NCBI GenBank assembly: GCA_963674945.2
Contig: CAXXWQ010000004.1
Location: 2,112,001-2,176,000 of the forward strand
DNA: 64,000 bases
From: an uncultured Desulfosarcina sp.
GTDB taxonomy: Bacteria > Desulfobacterota > Desulfobacteria > Desulfobacterales > Desulfosarcinaceae
Reading direction: 5' to 3'
In this document: positions 32,930 through 42,479 of the stretch, piece by piece
How the letters are laid out: each line of letters begins with the position of its first letter
Numbering within the stretch: position 1 is the stretch's first letter
Made by a program: the position numbers and the translations under genes
The notes under the pieces: generated by a model
What the model was told of the DNA's origin: nothing
Seen by the model: only the letters and a program-made list of their open reading frames with translations
Databases searched by the model: none

Positions 32930-33691
32930 TTGGCAAGTTATATGATCGAATCAAACAAAAGAAAAAGCAAATGGCCTGCTAGGCTCGATTTGGCCCAAAG
33001 CGGGACTGGCCTTCTTCTCGGCTTGTTCATGTGGGCGCACATGTTTTTGGTCGCCAGCATACTTTTAGGGGAAAGGTCTTTTAATTTCGTGGCAAAAATG
33101 ATGGAGCTTTCATTTTTGACCGATACTCCTCACGGTTATCCTGCTGCCGTTGCTCTCGCCGTTGCTACAGTATTAGTCCTCTTTTTCGTTCATGCAATGC
33201 TTGGCACCAGAAAATTCCCCATTTCTTGGAAACAACACAGGATATTCAGAGACCAAATGCAGATGATGAATCATACCGATACAAATTTCTGGTATATTCA
33301 GGCCATCACAGGGTTCATCATGTTTTTTGCCGGATCAGCCCATCTGTTTACCATGCTAACCAACCCGGGAGGGATCGGACCGTATATGTCGGCGGACAGA
33401 TTTGTCTCCGGGAATTGGTGGCCGATTTACTTCCTTTTGTTAATTTGCGTTGAACTTCACGCGACCATCGGCCTTTACAGACTTTGCATGAAATGGGGAT
33501 GGTTTATTGGAGACGATGCGAGACAATCGAGAAAAAAGCTAAAAAAACTCAAAACGGCGCTGACTGTCTTCTTCTTGGTGATTGGCTTTTCCGCATTTGC
33601 GGTGTTTGTGAAGATTGGCATCGATCACAAGGACAGAGCAGGGGAAAAATTCATACCCAATATAGAAGTCGAACTCAATGCCAACCAATAG
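32930..33691 (+). CDS. frdC: Fumarate reductase cytochrome b subunit (Wolinella/Desulfovibrio type)
   Basis: DLAQSGTGL...HM, H.DT..W..QA.TG and ELH..IGLYRL..KWG motifs; GGAGG RBS with TTG start. Confidence 0.9.
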   Translation: MASYMIESNKRKSKWPARLDLAQSGTGLLLGLFMWAHMFLVASILLGERSFNFVAKMMELSFLTDTPHGYPAAVALAVATVLVLFFVHAMLGTRKFPISWKQHRIFRDQMQMMNHTDTNFWYIQAITGFIMFFAGSAHLFTMLTNPGGIGPYMSADRFVSGNWWPIYFLLLICVELHATIGLYRLCMKWGWFIGDDARQSRKKLKKLKTALTVFFLVIGFSAFAVFVKIGIDHKDRAGEKFIPNIEVELNANQ

Positions 33692-33745
33692 ACTGAAGAG
33701 CCACATTCAATTCAGACGTAATCATCAATAAGGAGAATATCCTAA

Positions 33746-35719
33746 ATGAGAGTTGTATATACTGATTCACTCGTAATAGGTGGCGGACTGGCAGGACTGA
33801 GAGTTGCCATCGCTTGCAAGCAACGGGGTTTCGATACGATCATCCTTTCTTTGATCCCTGCAAAAAGATCTCATTCAGCGGCAGCACAAGGTGGCATGCA
33901 GGCAAGCCTTGGCGCGTGTATCAAAGGCGATGGAGATGATGAAGATGTCCATTTTGGGGATACTGTAAAAGGAAGTGACTGGGGATGCGACCAGGACGTG
34001 GCAAGAATGTTTGTCAATACTTCACCCAAGGCAATCAGACAATTGTCTGCCTGGGGTGTTCCCTGGTCAAGGGTCAGGGCCGGCGACAGAACCGTTATTA
34101 TTAACGGCGAAAAAGTCACGATTACGGAAAAAGAAGAGGCTCACGGTTTAATCAACGCCAGAGACTTTGGCGGGACCAAAAAGTGGAGAACCTGTTATAC
34201 GTCCGATGGCACCGGTCATACGATGCTCTATGCCATGGACAATAAAGCGATCCAACTCGGTATACCAGTGCATGAAAGAAAAGAGGCCATTTCATTGATC
34301 CATGAAAATGGTGTCTGTTATGGTGCCGTCGTTCGGGACCTCATCACGGGGGAACTCATTGCTTATGTGGCAAAGGCCACCACGATTGCGACCGGAGGGT
34401 ATGGAAGGATCTATTCCGTTTCGACAAACGCCGTCATCTCCGAGGGTATCGGATGCGCAATCGCACTGGAGACCGGAGTGGCGCCCTTAGGTAACATGGA
34501 AGCCGTTCAATTTCACCCGACGGCAATTGTTCCGGTCGGTATTCTCACGACCGAGGGATGTCGTGGCGATGGTGGATTGCTTAAAGATAAAGACGGCTAT
34601 CGGTTTATGCCGGATTATGAACCTGGAAAGAAGGAACTAGCTTCGAGGGACGTCGTATCACGACGCATGACCGAACATATGAGAAAGGGTAAAGGTGTTC
34701 CCTCCCCTTATGGCGATCACCTTTGGCTGGACATCACACTGCTAGGCCGTGAACATATCGAGAAGAATTTAAGGGAAGTAAAAGAGATCTGCGAATATTT
34801 TCTCGGAATCGACCCTGTCAAAGAGTATATTCCTGTTCGGCCGACCCAACATTATTCAATGGGCGGGATCAGGACCAACGCCACAGGAGAAAGCCCGGCG
34901 TTGAAGGGACTTTTTGCAGCAGGAGAAACCGCCTGCTGGGATATGCACGGGTTTAACCGTCTTGGCGGTAACTCGGTCGCCGAGACAGTCGTTGCGGGAA
35001 TGATCGTCGGCGAATTCGTTGCCGATCGTTGCGCCTCTTCCGATTCCACAAACATAAGCACATCGACGATTGAACATTTTGTAAAAGAAGAAGAAAAGAA
35101 AATTTCCGATCTTCTCGCAAAAAGCAGCGGTGAGAATCCGTATGAGCTTAAGGCGAAGATGCAAGAAATCATGATGGATAAGGTCGGAATTTTTAGAAAT
35201 GGAGACGATCTGCAACAGGCCGTCGACGAATTAACGGTCCTGAATCAAAGGGCAAAGAATGTTGCCTTGAGAAATAAGATCAGGTCCTCCAATCCCGAAC
35301 TGGTGGAAGCCATCAGAGTTCCGAAGATGATAAAACTTGCTGCTTGTGTCGCCTATGGTGCTTTGCTACGGACCGAAAGCCGTGGCGCCCACGCCAGGGA
35401 AGATTTTCCTGAAAGAAATGACAGAGATTGGCTCAAACGCACATTGGCGACCTGGAAGGATGATTCCGCGGATCTTCCCGAAATTACATATGAAGATTTA
35501 GATATCATGAAAATGGAAATGCCTCCAGGATCCAGAGGATACGGTGTGGATAATACGATCCACCACCCGGATACGGAAAAGCGAATAAAAGAGATAGAAG
35601 AAATTAAAAAGGCGAATCCGGATGCGGATAGATTTAAACTGCAGCAGCTTTTGAATCCAATCAACCTTCCGGAAAAATTCATGGGCAAAAACGAACGCAT
35701 AGGCAGAGGGTTTGAATAA
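33746..35719 (+). CDS. frdA: Fumarate reductase flavoprotein subunit
   Basis: [16 protein letters not shown] (covalent FAD His) and [10 protein letters not shown] motifs. Confidence 0.95.
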   Translation: MRVVYTDSLVIGGGLAGLRVAIACKQRGFDTIILSLIPAKRSHSAAAQGGMQASLGACIKGDGDDEDVHFGDTVKGSDWGCDQDVARMFVNTSPKAIRQLSAWGVPWSRVRAGDRTVIINGEKVTITEKEEAHGLINARDFGGTKKWRTCYTSDGTGHTMLYAMDNKAIQLGIPVHERKEAISLIHENGVCYGAVVRDLITGELIAYVAKATTIATGGYGRIYSVSTNAVISEGIGCAIALETGVAPLGNMEAVQFHPTAIVPVGILTTEGCRGDGGLLKDKDGYRFMPDYEPGKKELASRDVVSRRMTEHMRKGKGVPSPYGDHLWLDITLLGREHIEKNLREVKEICEYFLGIDPVKEYIPVRPTQHYSMGGIRTNATGESPALKGLFAAGETACWDMHGFNRLGGNSVAETVVAGMIVGEFVADRCASSDSTNISTSTIEHFVKEEEKKISDLLAKSSGENPYELKAKMQEIMMDKVGIFRNGDDLQQAVDELTVLNQRAKNVALRNKIRSSNPELVEAIRVPKMIKLAACVAYGALLRTESRGAHAREDFPERNDRDWLKRTLATWKDDSADLPEITYEDLDIMKMEMPPGSRGYGVDNTIHHPDTEKRIKEIEEIKKANPDADRFKLQQLLNPINLPEKFMGKNERIGRGFE

Positions 35720-36450
35720 TGAGTAAAAAAGAGCGGACCTTAAAATTCCATATATTCCGATACAATCCCCAGATAAAAGGTGATAAGCCGAGAATGGTTA
35801 CCTATAAGGTGACCGAAGCTCCTGGCATGACGGTATTCATCGCATTGAATAAAATTCGGGAAGAGCGGGATCCATCCCTGCAATTCGATTTTGTCTGCAG
35901 GGCGGGCATATGTGGATCTTGTGCCATGGTAATCAACGGGCACCCGGATCTTGCCTGTAGAACGCTTACCTCGAAATTTAAAAAACCGGAGATCAAACTG
36001 CTGCCGCTACCCGGTTTTGAACTTATCGGTGACCTCTCGGTAAACACGGGTAAATTTATGCGCGCCATGTCCGAAAGAGTAGAATCATGGATTCATGACA
36101 AAATTGCCGACGAAGTCGACTTCAATCGACTGGAAGAACGGATGGATCCGGATGTTGCCGACGAAATTTATGAACTGGAACGATGCGTGGAATGCGGATG
36201 TTGCGTTTCCGCCTGCGCCACCAAGAGAATGAGGCCCGATTTCCTTTCGGCCGTGGGATTCATGAGGCTGGCCCGTTTTGCATTGGATCCCAGGGATAAA
36301 CGATCTGATGAAGAATTTTATGAAATTGTCGGTGATGATGACGGCGTCTTCGGTTGTATGACGCTTTTGGGATGCGAAGATTACTGCCCCAAAGATCTTC
36401 CGCATCAGGAACAAATCGCCTATCTTAGAAGGAAAATGGCATTTAACTAA
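35719..36450 (+). CDS. frdB: Fumarate reductase iron-sulfur subunit
   Basis: CRAGICGSC, CVECGCCVSAC and CMTLLGCEDYCP motifs. Confidence 0.95.
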   Translation: MSKKERTLKFHIFRYNPQIKGDKPRMVTYKVTEAPGMTVFIALNKIREERDPSLQFDFVCRAGICGSCAMVINGHPDLACRTLTSKFKKPEIKLLPLPGFELIGDLSVNTGKFMRAMSERVESWIHDKIADEVDFNRLEERMDPDVADEIYELERCVECGCCVSACATKRMRPDFLSAVGFMRLARFALDPRDKRSDEEFYEIVGDDDGVFGCMTLLGCEDYCPKDLPHQEQIAYLRRKMAFN

Positions 36451-36615
36451 TGTCCATCCAAAGAATGGGAAATTTGTTATCGACTTCCCACTGAAAATCA
36501 GGTGGGATCAGAACACGCGCGAAAATTTACCACAGACACCTCTTGCTGCGAACAGGGTTGAAACTGTAAGGAATAGAATTATTCGCGCAACAAAGATGTC
36601 GGAAGAACCGGACAT
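36448..36615. repeat. Degenerate MITE/REP-like element, copy D
   Basis: Shares TARTGTCYATCC, AAATTTGTT, CGCGCGAAAATTT and CAACAAAGAT(G/A)TCGG with 38134-38304. Confidence 0.6.
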
Positions 36616-36660
36616 GTCAAAACCGAAGTAACACGACAATACCGGAAAACGACTCAGAGA

Positions 36661-36691
36661 AGAGGGAGACAGGCTTTCGCCGTTTCCCTCT
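36661..36691. terminator. Probable terminator hairpin between convergent frd and nfn operons
   Basis: AGAGGGAGACAGGC-TTTC-GCCGTTTCCCTCT. Confidence 0.5.
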
Positions 36692-36697
36692 CTCATT

Positions 36698-38101
36698 TTA
36701 CCATCCCAAGGTTAAATAATCATGGACGGCGTTGGCCGCAATGCGCCCGGCCCCCATGGCCAGGATCACGGTGGCTGCCCCGGTGACGATATCACCACCG
36801 GCCCAGACTCCTTTCATGGTGGTCTTATTCGTCTTGGGATCGGTAACGATATAGCCCCATTTGTTCAATTTCAAATCGGGAGTGGACTGGGTAAGCAGGG
36901 GATTGGCCCCTGATCCCACGGCGACGATAACCAAATCGGTATCCAGTGTAAACTCCGATCCTTCGATGGCTATCGGCCGACGGCGGCCCGAATCGTCGGG
37001 TTCACCCAACGCCATCTTCAGGCATTCCATCCCGGTCAGGCGTCCGCTTTCATCGCCCAGGTAACGTGTGGGATTGGTCAGCAGATGAAATTCAATGCCC
37101 TCTTCTTCCGCATGGTGAATCTCGGCGCTCCGGGCCGGCATTTCTTCCCTGGAACGGCGATAGACGATGCGCACCCTGTCCGCCCCCAATCGCATGGCCG
37201 TTCGGGCGGAATCCATAGCCACGTTGCCGGCTCCCAGGACACAGACATCTTTTCCGACGAGGATGGGAGTGTCCACTTCGGGGAACTTGTAGGCCTTCAT
37301 CAGGTTGGCACGGGTCAGATATTCGTTGGCAGACAGAACGCCAATGAGGTTTTCACCGGGAATGTTCATAAACCGCGGCAGGCCGGCACCGAGTCCCAGA
37401 TAGACAGCATCGAAGCCCTGCTCGAACAACTCTTCCAGTGAAACCGTACGTCCCACAACCACATCGCACGCCACCTTGGCCCCCAGCCGTTCCAGAAAAT
37501 TGATCTCCTGGGCCACGATAGCCTTGGGCAGCCGAAATTCTGGGATTCCGTAGACCAACACACCGCCGGGTTTGTGAAAGGCTTCCATAATGGTGACCTC
37601 GTGGCCTTTGACGATCAGATCGCCGGCGACGGTCAGGCTGGAGGGGCCGGAACCCACCACGGCCACTTTCTTACCGGTGGGCGCGGCCTTAGGGGGCAGT
37701 TCACCGGTGCCGTTTTCGCGTTCGTAGTCGGCGCAAAAGCGTTCCAGATTACCGATGGCGACCGGCTCCCCCTTTTTGGCCAGCACACATTTGCCTTCAC
37801 ATTGGATCTCTTGGGGGCAAACCCGTCCGCAGACCGCCGGAAGTGCGTTGGTGGACCAGATATGGCGAATGGCGCCGGTCAGGTCTCCTTCGGTGATTAA
37901 ACGGATGAAGCCGGGAATATCGACTTCTACGGGGCAACCGGTGACACACCCAGGCTTTTTGCACTGGATACATCGAGCCGCTTCCTCCTGGGCCATCTGG
38001 ACAGTGTATCCCGTGGGCACTTCATCGAAATTTCGTTTACGGATATCAGGGGCCTGCTCGGGCATTGCCACGCGGCCCGGCTTGGCTTCTTTGTCAGCCA
38101 T
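36698..38101 (-). CDS. gltA: NfnB/SudA-type NADPH-dependent oxidoreductase large subunit (often annotated glutamate synthase GltA)
   Basis: CIQCKKPGCVTGCP, CGRVCPQE, GSGPS, YGIPEFRLP and GAGNVAMD motifs; paired with nfnA. Confidence 0.9.
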   Translation of the reverse strand: MADKEAKPGRVAMPEQAPDIRKRNFDEVPTGYTVQMAQEEAARCIQCKKPGCVTGCPVEVDIPGFIRLITEGDLTGAIRHIWSTNALPAVCGRVCPQEIQCEGKCVLAKKGEPVAIGNLERFCADYERENGTGELPPKAAPTGKKVAVVGSGPSSLTVAGDLIVKGHEVTIMEAFHKPGGVLVYGIPEFRLPKAIVAQEINFLERLGAKVACDVVVGRTVSLEELFEQGFDAVYLGLGAGLPRFMNIPGENLIGVLSANEYLTRANLMKAYKFPEVDTPILVGKDVCVLGAGNVAMDSARTAMRLGADRVRIVYRRSREEMPARSAEIHHAEEEGIEFHLLTNPTRYLGDESGRLTGMECLKMALGEPDDSGRRRPIAIEGSEFTLDTDLVIVAVGSGANPLLTQSTPDLKLNKWGYIVTDPKTNKTTMKGVWAGGDIVTGAATVILAMGAGRIAANAVHDYLTLGW

Positions 38102-38133
38102 CGTTCCCTCCTTCTCTCATGGTGCAGTCAACA

Positions 38134-38304
38134 TAGTGTCTATCCGGAAATAGGAAAATTTGTTCGAGATCGAGGCGCGCGAAAAATTTTACCCCTGGTG
38201 CCCGAAGGAAATGCCCTTGGGGTGCATATGGTTGATATTCCGAAGATAAAATTTTTCGCCCAACAAAGATATCGGGCAAATTGGCCATTTCTGGATGGGG
38301 ACTA
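38134..38304. repeat. Palindromic MITE/REP-like element, copy C
   Basis: TA-GTGTCTATCCGGAAA...TTTCTGGATGGGGAC-TA terminal IR inside the nfnAB operon. Confidence 0.8.
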
Positions 38305-38305
38305 T

Positions 38306-39136
38306 CTATTCGGCCAGACGGCAATAGTCATCATAACACTGCTTCTCTTCTTCACAATAGGCGCGGAGGCGCAGGTTCAGCTCATCGAAATTGACCAGAT
38401 GGCCGTCGAATTCGGGCCCGTCCACACAGGCGAACTTGGTTTCGCCACCCACGGAGACACGACAGCCGCCACACATTCCGGTGCCGTCGATCATAATGGG
38501 ATTGAGGCTGACCAGGGTGGGCACCGCCTTTTCTTTGGTCAGGGCGCACACCGCTTTCATCATGGGCACCGGACCAATGGCAACGGCCTGCTGGATGTCG
38601 TTCTTTTCCAGAACCTCCTTGACGATATCGGTAACGAAGCCGTGATGTCCGTAGGAGCCGTCGTCCGTGCAAATGCGTAGATCATTGGAGGCGGCCTTCA
38701 TTCGATCTTCCAGAATCAGCAGCTCTTTGTTCCGTGCACCGATGACACAGGTCACGTTGTTGCCGGCTGCCTTCATTGCCCGTGTGATGGGGTGCAAAAC
38801 GGCCACACCGGTGCCGCCGCCAACGCAGAGCACATTGCCGACGTTCTCGATATGCGTGGGCTTGCCCAAGGGGCCAATCACATCCTGGTATCCCTGGCCG
38901 GTCTGCAGACTTTTGAAAAGTGCCGTGGATTTTCCCACTACCATGTAAATGATGGTGATGGTGCCCTTCTTGGTATCTGTCTCTGCCATGGTCAACGGAA
39001 TGCGTTCGCCGTTTTCGTTGGCTTTGAGAATAACAAATTGTCCGGGTTTGGCCTTGGCAGCGATCAGTGGCGCCTCGATTTCATTCAGAACGACCGTGCC
39101 TTGCGCCATCTCCTCTCGTTTGACGATGGTAAACAT
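38306..39136 (-). CDS. nfnA: NfnA/SudB (PyrK-like FAD/NAD-binding, 2Fe-2S) subunit
   Basis: PGQFVIL, ERIPLT, GGGTG and DGTGMCGGCR...CVDGPEF motifs. Confidence 0.9.
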   Translation of the reverse strand: MFTIVKREEMAQGTVVLNEIEAPLIAAKAKPGQFVILKANENGERIPLTMAETDTKKGTITIIYMVVGKSTALFKSLQTGQGYQDVIGPLGKPTHIENVGNVLCVGGGTGVAVLHPITRAMKAAGNNVTCVIGARNKELLILEDRMKAASNDLRICTDDGSYGHHGFVTDIVKEVLEKNDIQQAVAIGPVPMMKAVCALTKEKAVPTLVSLNPIMIDGTGMCGGCRVSVGGETKFACVDGPEFDGHLVNFDELNLRLRAYCEEEKQCYDDYCRLAE

Positions 39137-39645
39137 ACGCTTTCCTCCTAGAACTTTTATTTACAAAGCCCCATTTCCAACAACAGTGATTGCAAAAAAA
39201 TGGAAAAAAGGCACCTTATCCACATCTTATTCCTATTTCAAGGCTAAATCTTTATCCAGGTGGAGGATATCGCACGGACGCAAACCCGCTTACGCTGATT
39301 TATAATGGATCGTCGGGCCGGAATATCAGAGTCAACCTGCTGCTCGGAGTCAAGCAATCCGCCATAGGTAGGGAAATGGTAATAAGAACGATCGTCCTCT
39401 GGAGGCAAGAATAGTGGCCAGGAACTTGTGTGTCAATAGTCAATAAAAATACAGCATGTTGGATAGTATGCAATTTGGCAGGCATCTGCTCCGAATAGGT
39501 TTTGGTGACCGCATTGTTGCGCATGCCGAATGATTTGTTGCAATCGTGACAGTCTGGAACGACAAACTCGTTCCCGAATATTAAAGTAAACAGTGCAACC
39601 GGCAGATAAATAAATAATCGTATTCATTTTTAGCGAGGAAACCCC

Positions 39646-40656
39646 ATGAAGATCAAATGTTCCGGTTGTCCCAAAGTATTGGTTATCCCGGATGAACGTA
39701 TCCCAAAGGACAAGGTCATCGTATTTCCCTGCCCTGATTGCGCAACCAAGATTAAAATTGACCTCAGGGAGAAGGCCGCTGAAACAGATCGGAATTCACC
39801 TGAAAAAGAGCACCTCACCGGCGATGCCCTGAAAAAGCAGATTCTTGCCACTGTCGATGACCTGCCTCCCATGCCCCAGACCGTCATCAAAGCCAGAGAG
39901 ATCATGGATGACCCCCAGGCAGGGTTCAAGGAACTGGCCGAACTCTTCGAAGCCGACCAGGCCATTGCTGCAAAGATTCTGAAACTGGCCAATTCCCCTT
40001 ATTACGGTATTGCCGGCGGTGTCTCCTCTATCCAGAAAGCCTCTGTGGTACTGGGCCAGAAAACCCTTAGAGACTTGATCACCCTAGGTGGTGTTTCCGG
40101 TTTGTTGGGCAACCAGTTGGTCGGCTATGGCCTGGATGTCGGCGACCTTTGGAAGCACAGTCTGGCTGCAGCCTTCGGAGCCCGGTTCATCGCCCAAAAA
40201 GTCGATGTGTCGCTGGACAACGATGCCTTTACCGCCGGATTGCTGCACGATTGCGGCAAACTCATATTGGACAAATACATCGCCGAACGGTGGCAGCAAT
40301 TCGAAGATGCCATGGCCGACGGGAACACATCGTTTCTGGAGGCGGAAAAAAAGGTTCTGGATCTCGATCACCCTGAAATCGCATCGGAAGTATGCAAGGC
40401 GTGGAAAATTCCAAAAGCTATCAGTCATGCAATCCGGTATCACCACCACCCCTCCCAATCCAAAGAGAACAAGGTGGCCTACATCGTTCATGCCGCTGAC
40501 GCCGTTGCCCTCATGTCCGGTTTCGGGCTTGGAATTGACGGTACCCGTTATAAGATGGAAGAAGGAACAATGCAGTTTCTGGGTTTCACAGATGACGACC
40601 TGGGAGACATTATGGGGTACGTGCTGAGCGCTGCCAAAAAGATCATTGAAGAATAA
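39646..40656 (+). CDS. Zinc-ribbon + HDOD domain protein
   Basis: N-terminal CxxC...CPDC; LPPMP, ILKLANSPYYG and AGLLHDCGK motifs. Confidence 0.88.
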   Translation: MKIKCSGCPKVLVIPDERIPKDKVIVFPCPDCATKIKIDLREKAAETDRNSPEKEHLTGDALKKQILATVDDLPPMPQTVIKAREIMDDPQAGFKELAELFEADQAIAAKILKLANSPYYGIAGGVSSIQKASVVLGQKTLRDLITLGGVSGLLGNQLVGYGLDVGDLWKHSLAAAFGARFIAQKVDVSLDNDAFTAGLLHDCGKLILDKYIAERWQQFEDAMADGNTSFLEAEKKVLDLDHPEIASEVCKAWKIPKAISHAIRYHHHPSQSKENKVAYIVHAADAVALMSGFGLGIDGTRYKMEEGTMQFLGFTDDDLGDIMGYVLSAAKKIIEE

Positions 40657-40701
40657 GACATAAGATCATTACGCAGTATATGACTTATTAAGGACCACAC
40701 C

Positions 40702-42354
40702 ATGGCAGACATCAAAGACCAGGATCTACTCGATGAGATCCGTTTTGATATAAAAGTAAAAGACCGTAAAAAGGCCGAACTCGTTCTGTCGGCACTCAGG
40801 TTCGTAAAACGGGACACCCAAAAAAAAGCACTGTTCGAGCTGAGCCGGGCCGATGCGGAATTTTCAATCGTCCTCTTTGCAGGGCTCTTTGTGAACGCAC
40901 CGGATATCGCCAACGCGTTCCCCCAGCTCAAAGAGACCATGTACGGCAAAATCATCAGCCGACCGGATGTGCTCCGGGAGCTGTTGCGAAAAGAGGCGAA
41001 CTTGGAAATCAGAACGTTCCTGGTCCAGACGGTCGGTGAGATTCAGCTCAAAGACGCTGTGCCTTCATTGTTGGACCTTCTCAACAACGACTCCGATTCG
41101 TCCATTGTGTGGGCCACCATTGTGTCTCTGGGTATGCTCGGTGAACCAAACGCCGTTTCATCCATCGCCCCGTTTCTGGGGCACGCCGATCCGACCTTAT
41201 CCTATGCCGCCATAGATGCCCTGGGTCAAATCGATACACCCGAAGCTGTCCAAAAAATCGCGAACTGCCTGGGCAACGACCCGGAGCTGGATCAGAAAAT
41301 CATCGATATTTTATCGAGATCCCGGACATCCGAGGCCATCGAGGCGCTAAACGACACCATCTCCTCGGAACACGCCCACATCCGTACCACCGGAAAAGAA
41401 AAGCTTGGGGCCATTGGCGTTACCAGTGTTCGCGTATTGCTTAAAAACTTGGACAAACCGGACCCTGATCTGGTCATTCACTCCTTGAATGTCCTGGGAG
41501 ATATCGGAGATGAGGCTGCGGTGACCGCCATTCGCAACCTGCTGAACGATCAACCGGAGGATGCCAACATCCGATTTGCCGCTTATGAGGCCCTGGGAAG
41601 ACTTCCTTTGAAAAAAGGTGCCTATGCTCTCGCCGCGGGTCTGGAAGACCCGGTGGACAACGTGCGAACCGCCGCCGCCAAGGCCATCGACCGCAACTAC
41701 AACGCCCTGCTGGCAGGTGGTTTGCGCAATATGACAAAGACCGGAGACAAATCCGCCGCCACCGTAATCCTCACCATTATCAACGCCGAATGTGAGCGTA
41801 TCTTTATGGATCTTCTGGAAGAAGATTACTTCAAAACAGCCTCGCTTGCTTTCTTGCGCAAAAACGCCCATCCCGCTCTCCGCGCCTACTATGCCGCAAT
41901 TTTATCTGCAAACGGGCGTCAAGAGCTGGCCAAACAAGTGGCGCCCAAGAAGGGTGTTACGGCACGCACCGGATTGCGGGTCTATGCCGTGGATGACAGC
42001 AAAATGATACTCAATATCTACCGCACAGTTCTGCACAGCCTGGGTTGTGAAGCCATTACCTTCCAACTTCCGATGGAAGCCGTAGCCCAGGTAAAAGAGA
42101 ACCGTCCCGATGTAATCCTGACCGACCTGAACATGCCCGAAATAACGGGGATCGATCTGGCAGCAAAGGTCAGGGAATTCTTTTCCAAAGAGGAACTTCC
42201 CATTATCATGGTGACCACCCAGCAGGAGAGTCACGATTTGGAAAAGGCATCCAAGGCCGGCGTCAACGGGATTATACAAAAACCATTTACGGAATCCCAT
42301 ATCGGCGCAGCACTGAAAAAGTATGCCGGATACAAACCGCAAAAAGACAGCTGA
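40702..42354 (+). CDS. HEAT-repeat protein with C-terminal response regulator receiver
   Basis: Repeated A..ALG HEAT units; VDDS, TDLNMP and QKPF receiver motifs. Confidence 0.88.
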   Translation: MADIKDQDLLDEIRFDIKVKDRKKAELVLSALRFVKRDTQKKALFELSRADAEFSIVLFAGLFVNAPDIANAFPQLKETMYGKIISRPDVLRELLRKEANLEIRTFLVQTVGEIQLKDAVPSLLDLLNNDSDSSIVWATIVSLGMLGEPNAVSSIAPFLGHADPTLSYAAIDALGQIDTPEAVQKIANCLGNDPELDQKIIDILSRSRTSEAIEALNDTISSEHAHIRTTGKEKLGAIGVTSVRVLLKNLDKPDPDLVIHSLNVLGDIGDEAAVTAIRNLLNDQPEDANIRFAAYEALGRLPLKKGAYALAAGLEDPVDNVRTAAAKAIDRNYNALLAGGLRNMTKTGDKSAATVILTIINAECERIFMDLLEEDYFKTASLAFLRKNAHPALRAYYAAILSANGRQELAKQVAPKKGVTARTGLRVYAVDDSKMILNIYRTVLHSLGCEAITFQLPMEAVAQVKENRPDVILTDLNMPEITGIDLAAKVREFFSKEELPIIMVTTQQESHDLEKASKAGVNGIIQKPFTESHIGAALKKYAGYKPQKDS

Positions 42355-42422
42355 AGTTTGCCTGCATAGAAAAGATAGCACTATGGTAAAAAGAGAGGCG
42401 AAATCTGTTCATGTAAGGGAAA

Positions 42423-42449
42423 CCCTCCTTATTGTTGTATTAGGAGGGT
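42423..42449. terminator. Probable terminator hairpin
   Basis: ACCCTCCT...AGGAGGGT between convergent genes. Confidence 0.55.
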
Positions 42450-42479
42450 GTTTGTAAGAGAAAATATTTGTTTTTCGCG

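Noticed and set aside
39240..39330. c-di-GMP-I riboswitch (CTAAA...GGACGCAAA)
   Set aside because: No GNRA-capped P2 of correct geometry and no clear P1/P3; an Infernal search against the Rfam model would settle it.
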